In this document: positions 9,977-18,852 of the stretch, one piece after another
Layout: the number at the start of each line of letters is the position of its first letter
Numbering within the stretch: the stretch's first letter is position 1
From: an uncultured delta proteobacterium
GTDB lineage: Bacteria; Desulfobacterota; Syntrophia; Syntrophales; UBA2185
Reading direction: 5' to 3'
DNA length: 64,000 bases
Assembly: GCA_963729715.1 (NCBI GenBank)
Contig: CAVSPA010000009.1
Span: 31,907-95,906, forward strand
Translations under genes and position numbers: made by a program
Notes under the pieces: model-generated
What the model was told of the DNA's origin: nothing
Database searches by the model: none
The model's input: the letters and a program-made list of their open reading frames with translations, nothing else

Positions 9977-10238
9977 TGCCGAGCTCCTGCTTCACCTTTT
10001 CCCAGTCGGTGACTTTGCCAGATTTAATATCCTGCACGCCCCTTTTAAATGCCTTCATCATGTCCGGATCTCCCAGAATCGCAATTGTTTCGTTCAGCGA
10101 CTCATACAGTTCCCAAGGCATGAGTGCAAATACCTGCTTCCCACGAGAAGTTATTGATACTGTCTCGTCCGGCCCCATCTCTTTATGCAATTCATTCAAT
10201 TTTCGCCTTGCTTCGGATATTTGAATTTGCCTGATCAC
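9966..10238 (-). CDS. Phd/YefM-family antitoxin
   Basis: ISEARRKL...ITSRGKQVFALMPWELYESLNET; overlaps the toxin gene. Confidence 0.88.
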   Translation of the reverse strand: MIRQIQISEARRKLNELHKEMGPDETVSITSRGKQVFALMPWELYESLNETIAILGDPDMMKAFKRGVQDIKSGKVTDWEKVKQELGIEL

Positions 10239-10492
10239 TTTTTATATACCCCCTTAAGTGTTCTTTTGCTTGTACATCTAAAAGACCTTATAGTCAAGTG
10301 AAAAAGAATTTTACTGCTATTATTTGCTTTAATGAAAAAGGAAATAGCGGCGATCTGCACAACGACTTTACACGTTCTAAAAAGTACCGTTCACAATCGG
10401 TAATCCTCACCTCGTTTCTAAACTGAACGTTGAGGATAAGGTGGCAGCAATAACCGGCGCATTTCATTTTTTCACTGATCAAGTGCCGGCAT

Positions 10493-10529
10493 ACAAAAAG
10501 AAAAAGCCGTCTCAGGAGCCGTCAACTCC
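10493..10529. repeat. 37-bp repeat with tandem AGCCGTC (probable integrase arm-type sites)
   Basis: Identical to 62560-62596; further AGCCGTC copies at ~10833-10872 on the other side of the att core. Confidence 0.7.
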
Positions 10530-10736
10530 CCAAAAACTGCTTAAAATAGCCGGCCATTTTCTGGCTTCTGCTGTAAACTTCGTCCAGAATATATTTCTAT
10601 GTATTTATTTTTTCTCGGCTTTTACGACCTTTGTTTTCTTGATATTTTTAGTAGATGTGGAGAAAAGGAGCTTTTGGGTAATCGGCTAAATCGGTGAGGA
10701 ACGGAAATTTGTAACATCATGATAATAAACGATAAT

Positions 10737-10784
10737 TGGCGTCCCCACCGGGATTCGAACCCGGGTTACCGGCGTGAAAGGCCG
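10737..10784 (-). tRNA. 3' half of tRNA-Glu(TTC), att-site fragment (not a complete tRNA)
   Basis: rc: CGGC-CTTTCAC-GCCGGTAACCCGGGTTCGAATCCCGGTGGGGACGCCA; D arm and 5' acceptor strand absent. Confidence 0.9.
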
Positions 10785-11095
10785 AAAAAGAGCGTATTCC
10801 ACCTGATTTTACATGCTTTTAAGGCCGTTTAGAGCCGTCTTTCGGAACCAAAAGCCGTCTAAAAAGCCGTCTGATAGGAAATCAGATTTGCGGTAAAAGA
10901 AAAGTTTAAGATCCCGCCCTTCGATCGAGACAAAGATTTCTCCTTTCAGCCGAAATGACAAAGCGGGAGTTTTTCAAAGGTCTCGATGACCGGTCAAAAT
11001 GGGGGCTACTTAACAAGGCAATTAGGTTGCCAGCAAACTGAAATATGGTTTTCTTAAAATTGAAATGTACATGAGTCTACACATAACCGTTTTTT

Positions 11096-12445
11096 GGTAG
11101 TGTAAAATCTTTTGTGTAAATTCATGATGGTAGAAAAAAAGGCGCTTTTCCTTTACAAGGGTTTATCCCAAAACCTGAGAGAAAGGAGAAAGCGCCATGA
11201 AACTGGAAATTACAGTAGCCGAAGTTAAGGAGATTTTCAAGGAGATTCAGGAGCAACCGGAGCAACTTTTTGAGATGATGCGATTGGACATCAAAAAGAC
11301 GGTTGGGCAATATCTGACAGCGCTGATGAATGCGGAACTCACCCACTTTCTGGGGAGAGAACCCTATGAACGTGGTAAGGATGAAATAAATCATCGCAAT
11401 GGCACCTATGATCGTAACTTCACATTAAAAGACATTGGGAAGGTACAGGTCAAAATTCCCCGAGACAGGGAGGGTGATTTTAAGACCAATGTTATTCCCC
11501 GGAGCAAGCAGTACGAAGAAGAGATAAGCCGGGATTTAAGCCTGATGTTTTTAACGGGAATCAGTACCCGGAGTCTTTCCATGATCTCCCGTAGATTGAT
11601 CGGGCGGCGTATTTCCCATACAGAGATCAGCCACGCAAATACTGATCTGACAGAGGCCGTTGAGAAGTGGAGGATGAGAGATCTATCCCAGGAACCCATC
11701 AAATATCTCTTTGTGGATGGTGTGAATTTCCGTATGCGTGTGGGAAGAAGTGTTGAGTTAATACCTGTTCTGGTGTCTATCGGTGTTACAGAAAGAGGCC
11801 ACAAGCTGGTTGTAGGTTTGCAAGCCGGGGACAAAGAGTCTGCTTCCTCCTGGAGGGAGTTTTTCAAGGATTTAAAAGTTCGTGGATTGGATGGCCAGAA
11901 AGTTACCCTGGGAATCATGGATGGTTTATCGGGATTGGAATCTGTTTTTGAAGAAGAGTTTCCCAAAGCCAAGATCCAACGCTGCCAGGTCTATGTTGCC
12001 CGGAATGTTCTGGCCAAGGTACCTAAGAAACTGAAACAAGCTGTGGCGAATGATGTAAGAACCATCTTCTATGCCTCTTCAAAGGAGACGGCGCTGGAAT
12101 CTTTTGAAATCTTCAAAAGGAAATGGGAGAAGGATATCCCTTCTGCCGTAAGTTGTTTAGAGAGATCCATTGACGCCTGTTTGTCTTTTTTCAACTTCCC
12201 CAAGGAAGAGTGGATTTCATTGAGAACCTCAAATATCATTGAACGGTTGAACAAGGAATTTAAACGGAGAACAAAATCCATGGAGATACTGGCCGGAGAG
12301 TCTGCCTGCTATCGTCTCCTGGCCTTTGTCTCTCTAAAAATGGAACTGCATTGGAGATCAAACCCCGTAGGAAAAGTGCAAAAAAACCTGCCATTCTTTC
12401 AAGAAGTGGCCTATGAAAAATTTACACAATAAAATTGACAGTACC
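11096..12445 (+). mobile_element. IS256-family element, copy 1 (no target duplication)
   Basis: IRs GGTAGTGTAAAA.../...TTGACAGTACC; 1350 bp; flanks do not match each other. Confidence 0.92.
11197..12432 (+). CDS. IS256/Mutator transposase (CxxH motif changed to CQVY)
   Basis: YLFVDG, IMDGLSG, TSNIIERLNKEFKRRT. Confidence 0.92.
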   Translation: MKLEITVAEVKEIFKEIQEQPEQLFEMMRLDIKKTVGQYLTALMNAELTHFLGREPYERGKDEINHRNGTYDRNFTLKDIGKVQVKIPRDREGDFKTNVIPRSKQYEEEISRDLSLMFLTGISTRSLSMISRRLIGRRISHTEISHANTDLTEAVEKWRMRDLSQEPIKYLFVDGVNFRMRVGRSVELIPVLVSIGVTERGHKLVVGLQAGDKESASSWREFFKDLKVRGLDGQKVTLGIMDGLSGLESVFEEEFPKAKIQRCQVYVARNVLAKVPKKLKQAVANDVRTIFYASSKETALESFEIFKRKWEKDIPSAVSCLERSIDACLSFFNFPKEEWISLRTSNIIERLNKEFKRRTKSMEILAGESACYRLLAFVSLKMELHWRSNPVGKVQKNLPFFQEVAYEKFTQ

Positions 12446-12726
12446 GTGCTTCTTGGTTATGACCCATGCCATTTGTTAAGCTGTAAAAGCAGTATTACCA
12501 CTCTTTTTTATCTCTTCCTTCCTGCAATCCACAATCGTTTTGCTTGCTGAAATATTCAAGATTACAGATGATAATTTGCGTTTATCGGTAGAAATTCCAC
12601 TTGACAAAAACCCCCATTTAGCATTTGTTATTTCTACCGTTTTGACTGAAGAGTCAAAACCACGTATAGCTTATCAATCGTTACCTTTCCAACCTCACAG
12701 ATCCTCTAAAAACAGGGGGCAACCTG

Positions 12727-15700
12727 ATGAAAGATCAATCCAAGACAAAGCAGGCATTGATTCAGGAACTGGTTTCTCTAAGGCAGAGAATCGCAGAGTT
12801 GGAACAATCGGAATCAGAGCACAAATGGGCAGAGGAGGCGCTCCGAGAGAGCGAGGATAGATACCGCTCGCTCTTTGATAACAGTATCGATGCCGTCCTA
12901 CTGACGGTACCGGATGGAAAAATCATGGCGGCAAACCCCGAAGCCTGTCGAATTTTCGGGCGCACCGAAGAAGAAATATGCCGAATCGGCAGGGCGGGTT
13001 TGATCGATCCGACAGACCCACGCTTGGCAGCGGCGCTGGAGGAAAGAGTGCGCACAGGTCAGTTTCGGGGAGAACTCACCTTCATCCGCAAAGACGGCAC
13101 CTCGTTTCCCGGCGAAATTTCTACAGCCATCTTCAGGGATTACGACGGTAACTCGAAGACGAGCATGATCATCCGTGACATCACCGAGCGCAAGCGGGTA
13201 GAGCAAGCGCTGCGGGAAAGCGAGGAGAGAAACAGATATCTTGTCCAGCATGCGCCTACGGGCATCTTCGAGGCCGATTTCACGGCTGGAAAGTATTTGA
13301 GCGTAAACGATGTCATGTGTCAGTACACCGGCTATACCAGAGAAGAATTTCTATCCCTGAACCCCATACAATTGCTCGCCGAGGAAAGTGTGGAAGCATT
13401 TATACAGCGGCATGTCAAAGTCCTTGCGGGTGAGCCGGTTCCGGATAATATCGAATTCAAGATAAAGCGCAAGGACGGCAGTGAGTTCTGGGTTATTCTC
13501 AATACACGCTATTTATACGAACCGAACAATCGGATCATTGCGACGGTCATCGCACACGACATCACCGATCGTAAGCAGGCAGAAAATGCCTTGGCAATGA
13601 GCGAGCACAGGTTCAAAGAACTGTTTGAGAATATGAGCAGCAGCGTTGGTGTTTATGAGGCAACAGCCGATGGGAAAGACTTTATATTGAGGAATTTCAA
13701 CAAGGCTGCTGAACAAGCGGAACAGATTGACAGGAAAGACGTCATCGGAAAGTCCGTCATCGATGTTTTTCCCGGCGTCACGAATATGGGCTTATTTGAA
13801 GTATTCCAGAGAGTCTGGAGTACCGGAAAACCCGAGCATCTCCCTGCCTCCTTTTACAGGGACAAGCGTATAGAAGGTTGGAGAGAAAATTACATTTATA
13901 AGCTGCTCACTGGCGAGATTGTGAGCATATATAATGACATTACTGACCGCAAGAAAGCAGAAGATACATTGCGGGGAAGTGAGGCGCGTTTCGCTAAAAT
14001 CTTTAATGCCAGCCCTGTCGCCATTGCTATCACCCGGCTTAAGGATAATCGCCTCATAGATATCAGCAGTGCATGGCAAAAAGCGACAGGTTACTCACGG
14101 GAAGAGATCATTGGTCGTACCCCGATCGAATTGAACACTTGGGTCAATCCCGGCGAGCGAGATCAGCTCATCAGCACCCTGCGCGAACAGGGAACGGCGC
14201 GGAATTTCCCTTTTCAACTCCGGCATAAGTCCGGCACTGTTTTCGAGATGCTCTTGACAGCGGAAGTGATCGAACTGGCTGGCGAGCAATATATGCTGTC
14301 GCTCGCACAGGACATTACAGAACTCAAGCGTGCCGAAGAGGCGCTCCTCGAAAGCGAGACGAAATACCGCGGTCTATACAATTCCACCCAGGACGGAATT
14401 GCGATGGCAAATCTCAAAGGTCATTTTATTGAATGCAACCGGGCTTTTTTGGATATGCTTGGTTATACCGAAAAAGAAATAAAGGGTATGACTTATCAGC
14501 AGACAACGCCGGCGAAATGGCATGATATGGAAAGAAATATCGTTGTCAATAAGATCCTGAAAACGGGCTATTCCAATATCTACGAAAAAGAATACATAAG
14601 GAAAGACGGTACGGTGTTTCCTGTTTCTATGAGAGTATGGGCTACTAGAGATGATACAGGAAAGATCACGGGGTTATGGGCTATTATAAGAGACATCACC
14701 GAGCGCAAGCAGGCCGAGGAGGCGCTGAGACGGGCTGAAGAGAACTTCCGCCGGTCTCTGGATGACTCTCCGCTGGGAGTGCGCATCGTGACCTTAGAAG
14801 GTGATACCATTTATGCCAACCGGGTCATTCTGGATATCTATGGATACGACAGCATTGAGGAACTAAGAACGACACCACTTAAGAAGCGCTACACCCCGGA
14901 GAGCTTTGCCGAGTTTCAGATAAGAAGGGAAAAAAGAAAGCGAGGCGATCATAAACCATCCGAATACGACATAAGCATCGTAAGAAAAGATGGTGAAGTC
15001 CGGCATCTCCATGTCTTCCGCAAAGAAGTACTTTGGAATGGTGAGAGACAATTTCAAGTCTTATACAACGATGTAACCAAGCGCAGGCGGGCAGAGGAAG
15101 CGCTGATACAATCAGAGAAAAAGTACCGCGACATTTTCGAGATGACCGTGGAAGGTATTTACCGATCAACGCCAGCAGGGAGGTTTATCATCGTCAATCC
15201 GGCATTTGTGAGGATATGTGGTTATGCGTCGGCGGAAGAGATGACGGAAAAAGTGACCGATATAGCAAATCAGCTTTATGCGAGCCCGGAAGACAGATTG
15301 CGGTTTCAAAAACTTATCGCTGCTAAAGGAGAAGTGAAAGGCTTCGAGGTGCAATTCAAACACCCGACGAAAGGGCTGGCCTGGATTTCCATCAATTCAG
15401 AGGCACTCCGCGATGAACATGGTAATATCCAGTATTACAACGGGACGATAGAAGATGTCACCGAGCGCAAGCGGGCGGAGGAAGCAATAAAGGCATCACA
15501 GCAACAGTTACGCGCCTTTGCCGACCGGCTTCAATCCGTGCGTGAGGAGCAGAGAAAAGAGTTGGCCCGGGAAATCCACGATGAGTTGGGGGGCGCGTTG
15601 ACCGGATTGAAGATTGACCTCTCCTTTCTGGCAAGCAGCGCACCAAAGAGCCGGGATAAAAATAAGAGAGATTCATTCCTGAGTAAAATGTTTGACATGT

Positions 15701-16206
15701 CAAAACTCATTGATGAAACTATTGGCACGGTCCGCAGGCTCGTGACAGAACTGAGGCCGAGCATCCTGGATGATTTTGGTCTTCTTGCAGCTCTTGAATG
15801 GCAGCTCCAGGAATTCCAGAAAAGGACGGGTATTCAAAGTGAATTTGTCTCAACCATGGAACACATCAAGCTGGATGAGAAACTTTCCATAGCGGTATTT
15901 CGTATCTTTCAGGAGGCTTTGACCAACGTGGCCCGTCATGCAAACGCAACAAAAGTTACCACGACTTTATATAAAGAGGCGGACAATCTCGTACTGAAAG
16001 TGGAAGACAACGGAAGAGGAATAAGCGCGGATGATATTCATAATACGAAGTCCATTGGACTCATCGGCATGCGCGAACGCGCGTTGTTTCTCGGAGGAAC
16101 AGTCAATTTCTCCGGTGAGCCATCTAAAGGGACAACCGTCTCAGTGCGATTTCCATATAGGTCGCAAGAAGGAACGGGGAAGATTCCGACGAAATCAGGA
16201 AGATGA
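12727..16206 (+). CDS. Multi-PAS (about 7) cytoplasmic histidine kinase, HisKA_3/NarX-UhpB type
   Basis: Repeated PAS/PAC ending DITERK; LAREIHDELGG H-box, FQEALTNVARHA, EDNGRG, GLIGMRER. Confidence 0.93.
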   Translation: MKDQSKTKQALIQELVSLRQRIAELEQSESEHKWAEEALRESEDRYRSLFDNSIDAVLLTVPDGKIMAANPEACRIFGRTEEEICRIGRAGLIDPTDPRLAAALEERVRTGQFRGELTFIRKDGTSFPGEISTAIFRDYDGNSKTSMIIRDITERKRVEQALRESEERNRYLVQHAPTGIFEADFTAGKYLSVNDVMCQYTGYTREEFLSLNPIQLLAEESVEAFIQRHVKVLAGEPVPDNIEFKIKRKDGSEFWVILNTRYLYEPNNRIIATVIAHDITDRKQAENALAMSEHRFKELFENMSSSVGVYEATADGKDFILRNFNKAAEQAEQIDRKDVIGKSVIDVFPGVTNMGLFEVFQRVWSTGKPEHLPASFYRDKRIEGWRENYIYKLLTGEIVSIYNDITDRKKAEDTLRGSEARFAKIFNASPVAIAITRLKDNRLIDISSAWQKATGYSREEIIGRTPIELNTWVNPGERDQLISTLREQGTARNFPFQLRHKSGTVFEMLLTAEVIELAGEQYMLSLAQDITELKRAEEALLESETKYRGLYNSTQDGIAMANLKGHFIECNRAFLDMLGYTEKEIKGMTYQQTTPAKWHDMERNIVVNKILKTGYSNIYEKEYIRKDGTVFPVSMRVWATRDDTGKITGLWAIIRDITERKQAEEALRRAEENFRRSLDDSPLGVRIVTLEGDTIYANRVILDIYGYDSIEELRTTPLKKRYTPESFAEFQIRREKRKRGDHKPSEYDISIVRKDGEVRHLHVFRKEVLWNGERQFQVLYNDVTKRRRAEEALIQSEKKYRDIFEMTVEGIYRSTPAGRFIIVNPAFVRICGYASAEEMTEKVTDIANQLYASPEDRLRFQKLIAAKGEVKGFEVQFKHPTKGLAWISINSEALRDEHGNIQYYNGTIEDVTERKRAEEAIKASQQQLRAFADRLQSVREEQRKELAREIHDELGGALTGLKIDLSFLASSAPKSRDKNKRDSFLSKMFDMSKLIDETIGTVRRLVTELRPSILDDFGLLAALEWQLQEFQKRTGIQSEFVSTMEHIKLDEKLSIAVFRIFQEALTNVARHANATKVTTTLYKEADNLVLKVEDNGRGISADDIHNTKSIGLIGMRERALFLGGTVNFSGEPSKGTTVSVRFPYRSQEGTGKIPTKSGR

Positions 16207-16244
16207 AATAAATAAAGCATGATACATGAAAAGAGGTTTGCGGA

Positions 16245-16874
16245 ATGATCAGAATCATCGTCGTGGATGACCATCCCATTGTGCGACGGGGGCTGAAACA
16301 GATACTTCAAGAGGAGCCTGACGTAAAAGTGGTTGGTGAGGCGGAGAGCGAGCAGGAGGCATTTAAAATAATCCACACCATAGATTGCGATGCAGTTGTT
16401 CTTGATATTTCTCTGCCCGGCGCAAGCGGGGTAGAAATATTGAAACAATTAAAATACGAATACAAGAAGCTGCCCGTGCTCATTCTGAGTATGCATCCCG
16501 AGGAGCAATACGCGGTACGTGTGATGAAAGCGGGTGCCGCCGGTTATCTGACAAAGGAAAGCGCACCGGAGGAACTGGTAAGAGCCATCAGAAAGATAAT
16601 CTCCGGAGGAAAGTATATCAGTTCATCTCTTGCAGAGATACTGATCACGGATATCGACGCGTCCGGAAAACCACGCCATGAAAAACTCTCTGACAGGGAA
16701 CTTGAAATTATGCGCATGATTTCCCAGGGAAAAGCAATAAAGAAAATTGCCGAAGAATTATGTCTCAGCGAAAACACTGTAAGCACCTACCGCACACGCC
16801 TTCTCAAAAAGATGAATATGACTACTAATGCGGAAATCATCAACTACGCATTAAAGAATAAACTTGTCGAATAA
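16245..16874 (+). CDS. NarL/UvrY-family response regulator (REC + LuxR HTH)
   Basis: VDDHPIVRRG, LDISLPG, LSDRELEI, TVSTYRTR. Confidence 0.93.
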   Translation: MIRIIVVDDHPIVRRGLKQILQEEPDVKVVGEAESEQEAFKIIHTIDCDAVVLDISLPGASGVEILKQLKYEYKKLPVLILSMHPEEQYAVRVMKAGAAGYLTKESAPEELVRAIRKIISGGKYISSSLAEILITDIDASGKPRHEKLSDRELEIMRMISQGKAIKKIAEELCLSENTVSTYRTRLLKKMNMTTNAEIINYALKNKLVE

Positions 16875-16987
16875 TAAATCAGAAGGAACCTTCCGCAACA
16901 TTGCCTCCATTCCTACATCATCTCAGCTATTTATCAAAGAACTAAGTGCAGTTCAAATGGGGAATTACCTAACTCTTTATTCCCTCC

Positions 16988-17009
16988 TTTGTAGGGGAAT
17001 CCCTACAAA
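16988..17009. promoter_or_regulatory. Palindrome resembling a GacA/UvrY-type binding box
   Basis: TTTGTAGGG-GAAT-CCCTACAAA (core TGTAGG-N6-CCTACA) just downstream of the NarL-family gene. Confidence 0.55.
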
Positions 17010-17368
17010 AAAATAAGGGATCCTTGACAGACAAATAAAAATAAACAGTCTATTATTGAAACAAATAACACGGGGATGCTCGTGAATTATCTGTACTGAT
17101 GCCACATTTTTCCTTCTCATTGTGACTAGGATTCGGCCACATCTCGCAGTGCGGCATTACAGACGTCCTTCAGGGTTTCATGAGAGTTTAAGTTGATAAT
17201 TATCTTCCACCTATGAATAGAGGGAGGATATTGAAAATTGGGACGGAGAATAAAGATGCATAAAAGACTGTACAGGAATTTAAGAACTAAAAGGCAGACC
17301 GGGAGAAACATTGTCTTCACGTCATGCATTCTGGCAGAGCTCATGTGCGGCGAAAGGGAAATGAATTC

Positions 17369-17761
17369 ATGAAGTGTTTTATTGTCGATGATTCGGAACG
17401 CGTTGTTGAAGGGGTGAGGGCTCTTCTGTCCAATATTGAGGGATTGGAATTCATAGGCCAGGCAACGAACGCAAAGGATGCTGTCGAAGCTATTGAAAGA
17501 CTGAAACCTGGCGTGGTGATATTAGATATTCGCCTCATTGGCGGGAATGGGATGAACGTTCTTGAACGTATCAAGAAAGAACAGTCGCCGCCTGTTGTCA
17601 TCATGCTTACCAACTATCCCTATCCTCAATATCGGGAAAAATGCAGGAAACTTGGCGCGGAGTATTTTTTCGATAAGGTAACGGAAATTGACGACTTTGT
17701 TAAAGTGCTAAGAAAATTGGCTCAGGATCCTTCTCAGGGAAAATTGCCATTGTGTAATTAA
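17369..17761 (+). CDS. Single-domain response regulator
   Basis: IVDDS, ILDIRL, IMLT, FDK; start chosen at ATG 17369. Confidence 0.88.
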   Translation: MKCFIVDDSERVVEGVRALLSNIEGLEFIGQATNAKDAVEAIERLKPGVVILDIRLIGGNGMNVLERIKKEQSPPVVIMLTNYPYPQYREKCRKLGAEYFFDKVTEIDDFVKVLRKLAQDPSQGKLPLCN

Positions 17762-17822
17762 TGACAAGGTCAGACGCATTACAAAATGACGAGCAGCAAG
17801 TTTGGGTCAAGGAGGAAATAAT

Positions 17823-18836
17823 ATGTCTAATTTAAAAGCGCATTCGCGTATCTCCACACTTCTTCTCACGGTGCTTGTGGTGATCGTATTTTCCGGGACC
17901 GCTTGCAATCGGCAGGAACAGGCCGGACCGCCGGAGAAGATTACTATAGCTTACGCAACTATACCGCATGCTGCCCTCTTTCATATAGCTTTAGCGAAGG
18001 GCTTTTTCTCTGCCGAGGGTTTAGATGTAACGCCTCAGTCACATGAATTCGGTAAAGTTTCCCTCGATTCAGTCCTCGAAGGCAAAGCGGATTTGGCGAC
18101 TGCGGCAGATACACCCATCATGTTTGCCGTTACAGGCGGCAAGAGCATCTACACGATCGCCACAATTGCAACTTCAAACAAATCCATGGCCATTGTTGCC
18201 CGGAAAGACCGGGGAATTTCAGGACCCTCAGAGCTTAGAGGAAAAAAAATCGGGGTATCTCGGGGCACCGCAGCCGAGTTCTTCATGGATTCCTTTCTTT
18301 CTACACGTGGGATAGACAGGAAGGAAGTCAAGGTGATTGACCTCAATCCTCACGAGATGCTTGATGCCCTCACCAAGGAAAGGGTTGATGCAGTCTCCGT
18401 TTGGGATCCCACCCTGACGAACATAGAGAGGGTGCTAAAAGATCATGCAATTGTCTTCTACGATGACACCATCTACAGCGACATTTTTTGCATCGCAGCG
18501 CGGCAGGAATTCGTAAAAAAACACCCCGAAGCTGTAAGAAAGGTTCTGCGGGCACTCATAAGGGCGGAATATTTCATGAAGCAAAATAAAGAGGAATCGC
18601 TGCGGATTATCGCGGAAGCCACCAAGACGGACAAAGAGTTTCTTGGCGAGATATTGAAGTCTTTCGATTTCAGGGTAACCCTGGATCAGCCCCTCGTCGT
18701 GAGCCTTGAGGACCAGACAAGGTGGGCTCAACAAAGCAAGCTGACGGGAGGATCGGCTATGCCCAACTATCTCAATTTTATTTATTTCGACGGCCTGCAA
18801 TCTGTAAAACCAGAAGCTGTCAGGATAATAAGGTAG
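17823..18836 (+). CDS. SsuA/NrtA/NMT1-like periplasmic solute-binding lipoprotein
   Basis: Lipobox-like SGTAC; KGFFSAEGLDV, LRGKKIGVSRGT, VDAVSVWDP; RBS GGAGG. Confidence 0.88.
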   Translation: MSNLKAHSRISTLLLTVLVVIVFSGTACNRQEQAGPPEKITIAYATIPHAALFHIALAKGFFSAEGLDVTPQSHEFGKVSLDSVLEGKADLATAADTPIMFAVTGGKSIYTIATIATSNKSMAIVARKDRGISGPSELRGKKIGVSRGTAAEFFMDSFLSTRGIDRKEVKVIDLNPHEMLDALTKERVDAVSVWDPTLTNIERVLKDHAIVFYDDTIYSDIFCIAARQEFVKKHPEAVRKVLRALIRAEYFMKQNKEESLRIIAEATKTDKEFLGEILKSFDFRVTLDQPLVVSLEDQTRWAQQSKLTGGSAMPNYLNFIYFDGLQSVKPEAVRIIR

Positions 18837-18852
18837 ACAAAAGGGGAACAGG

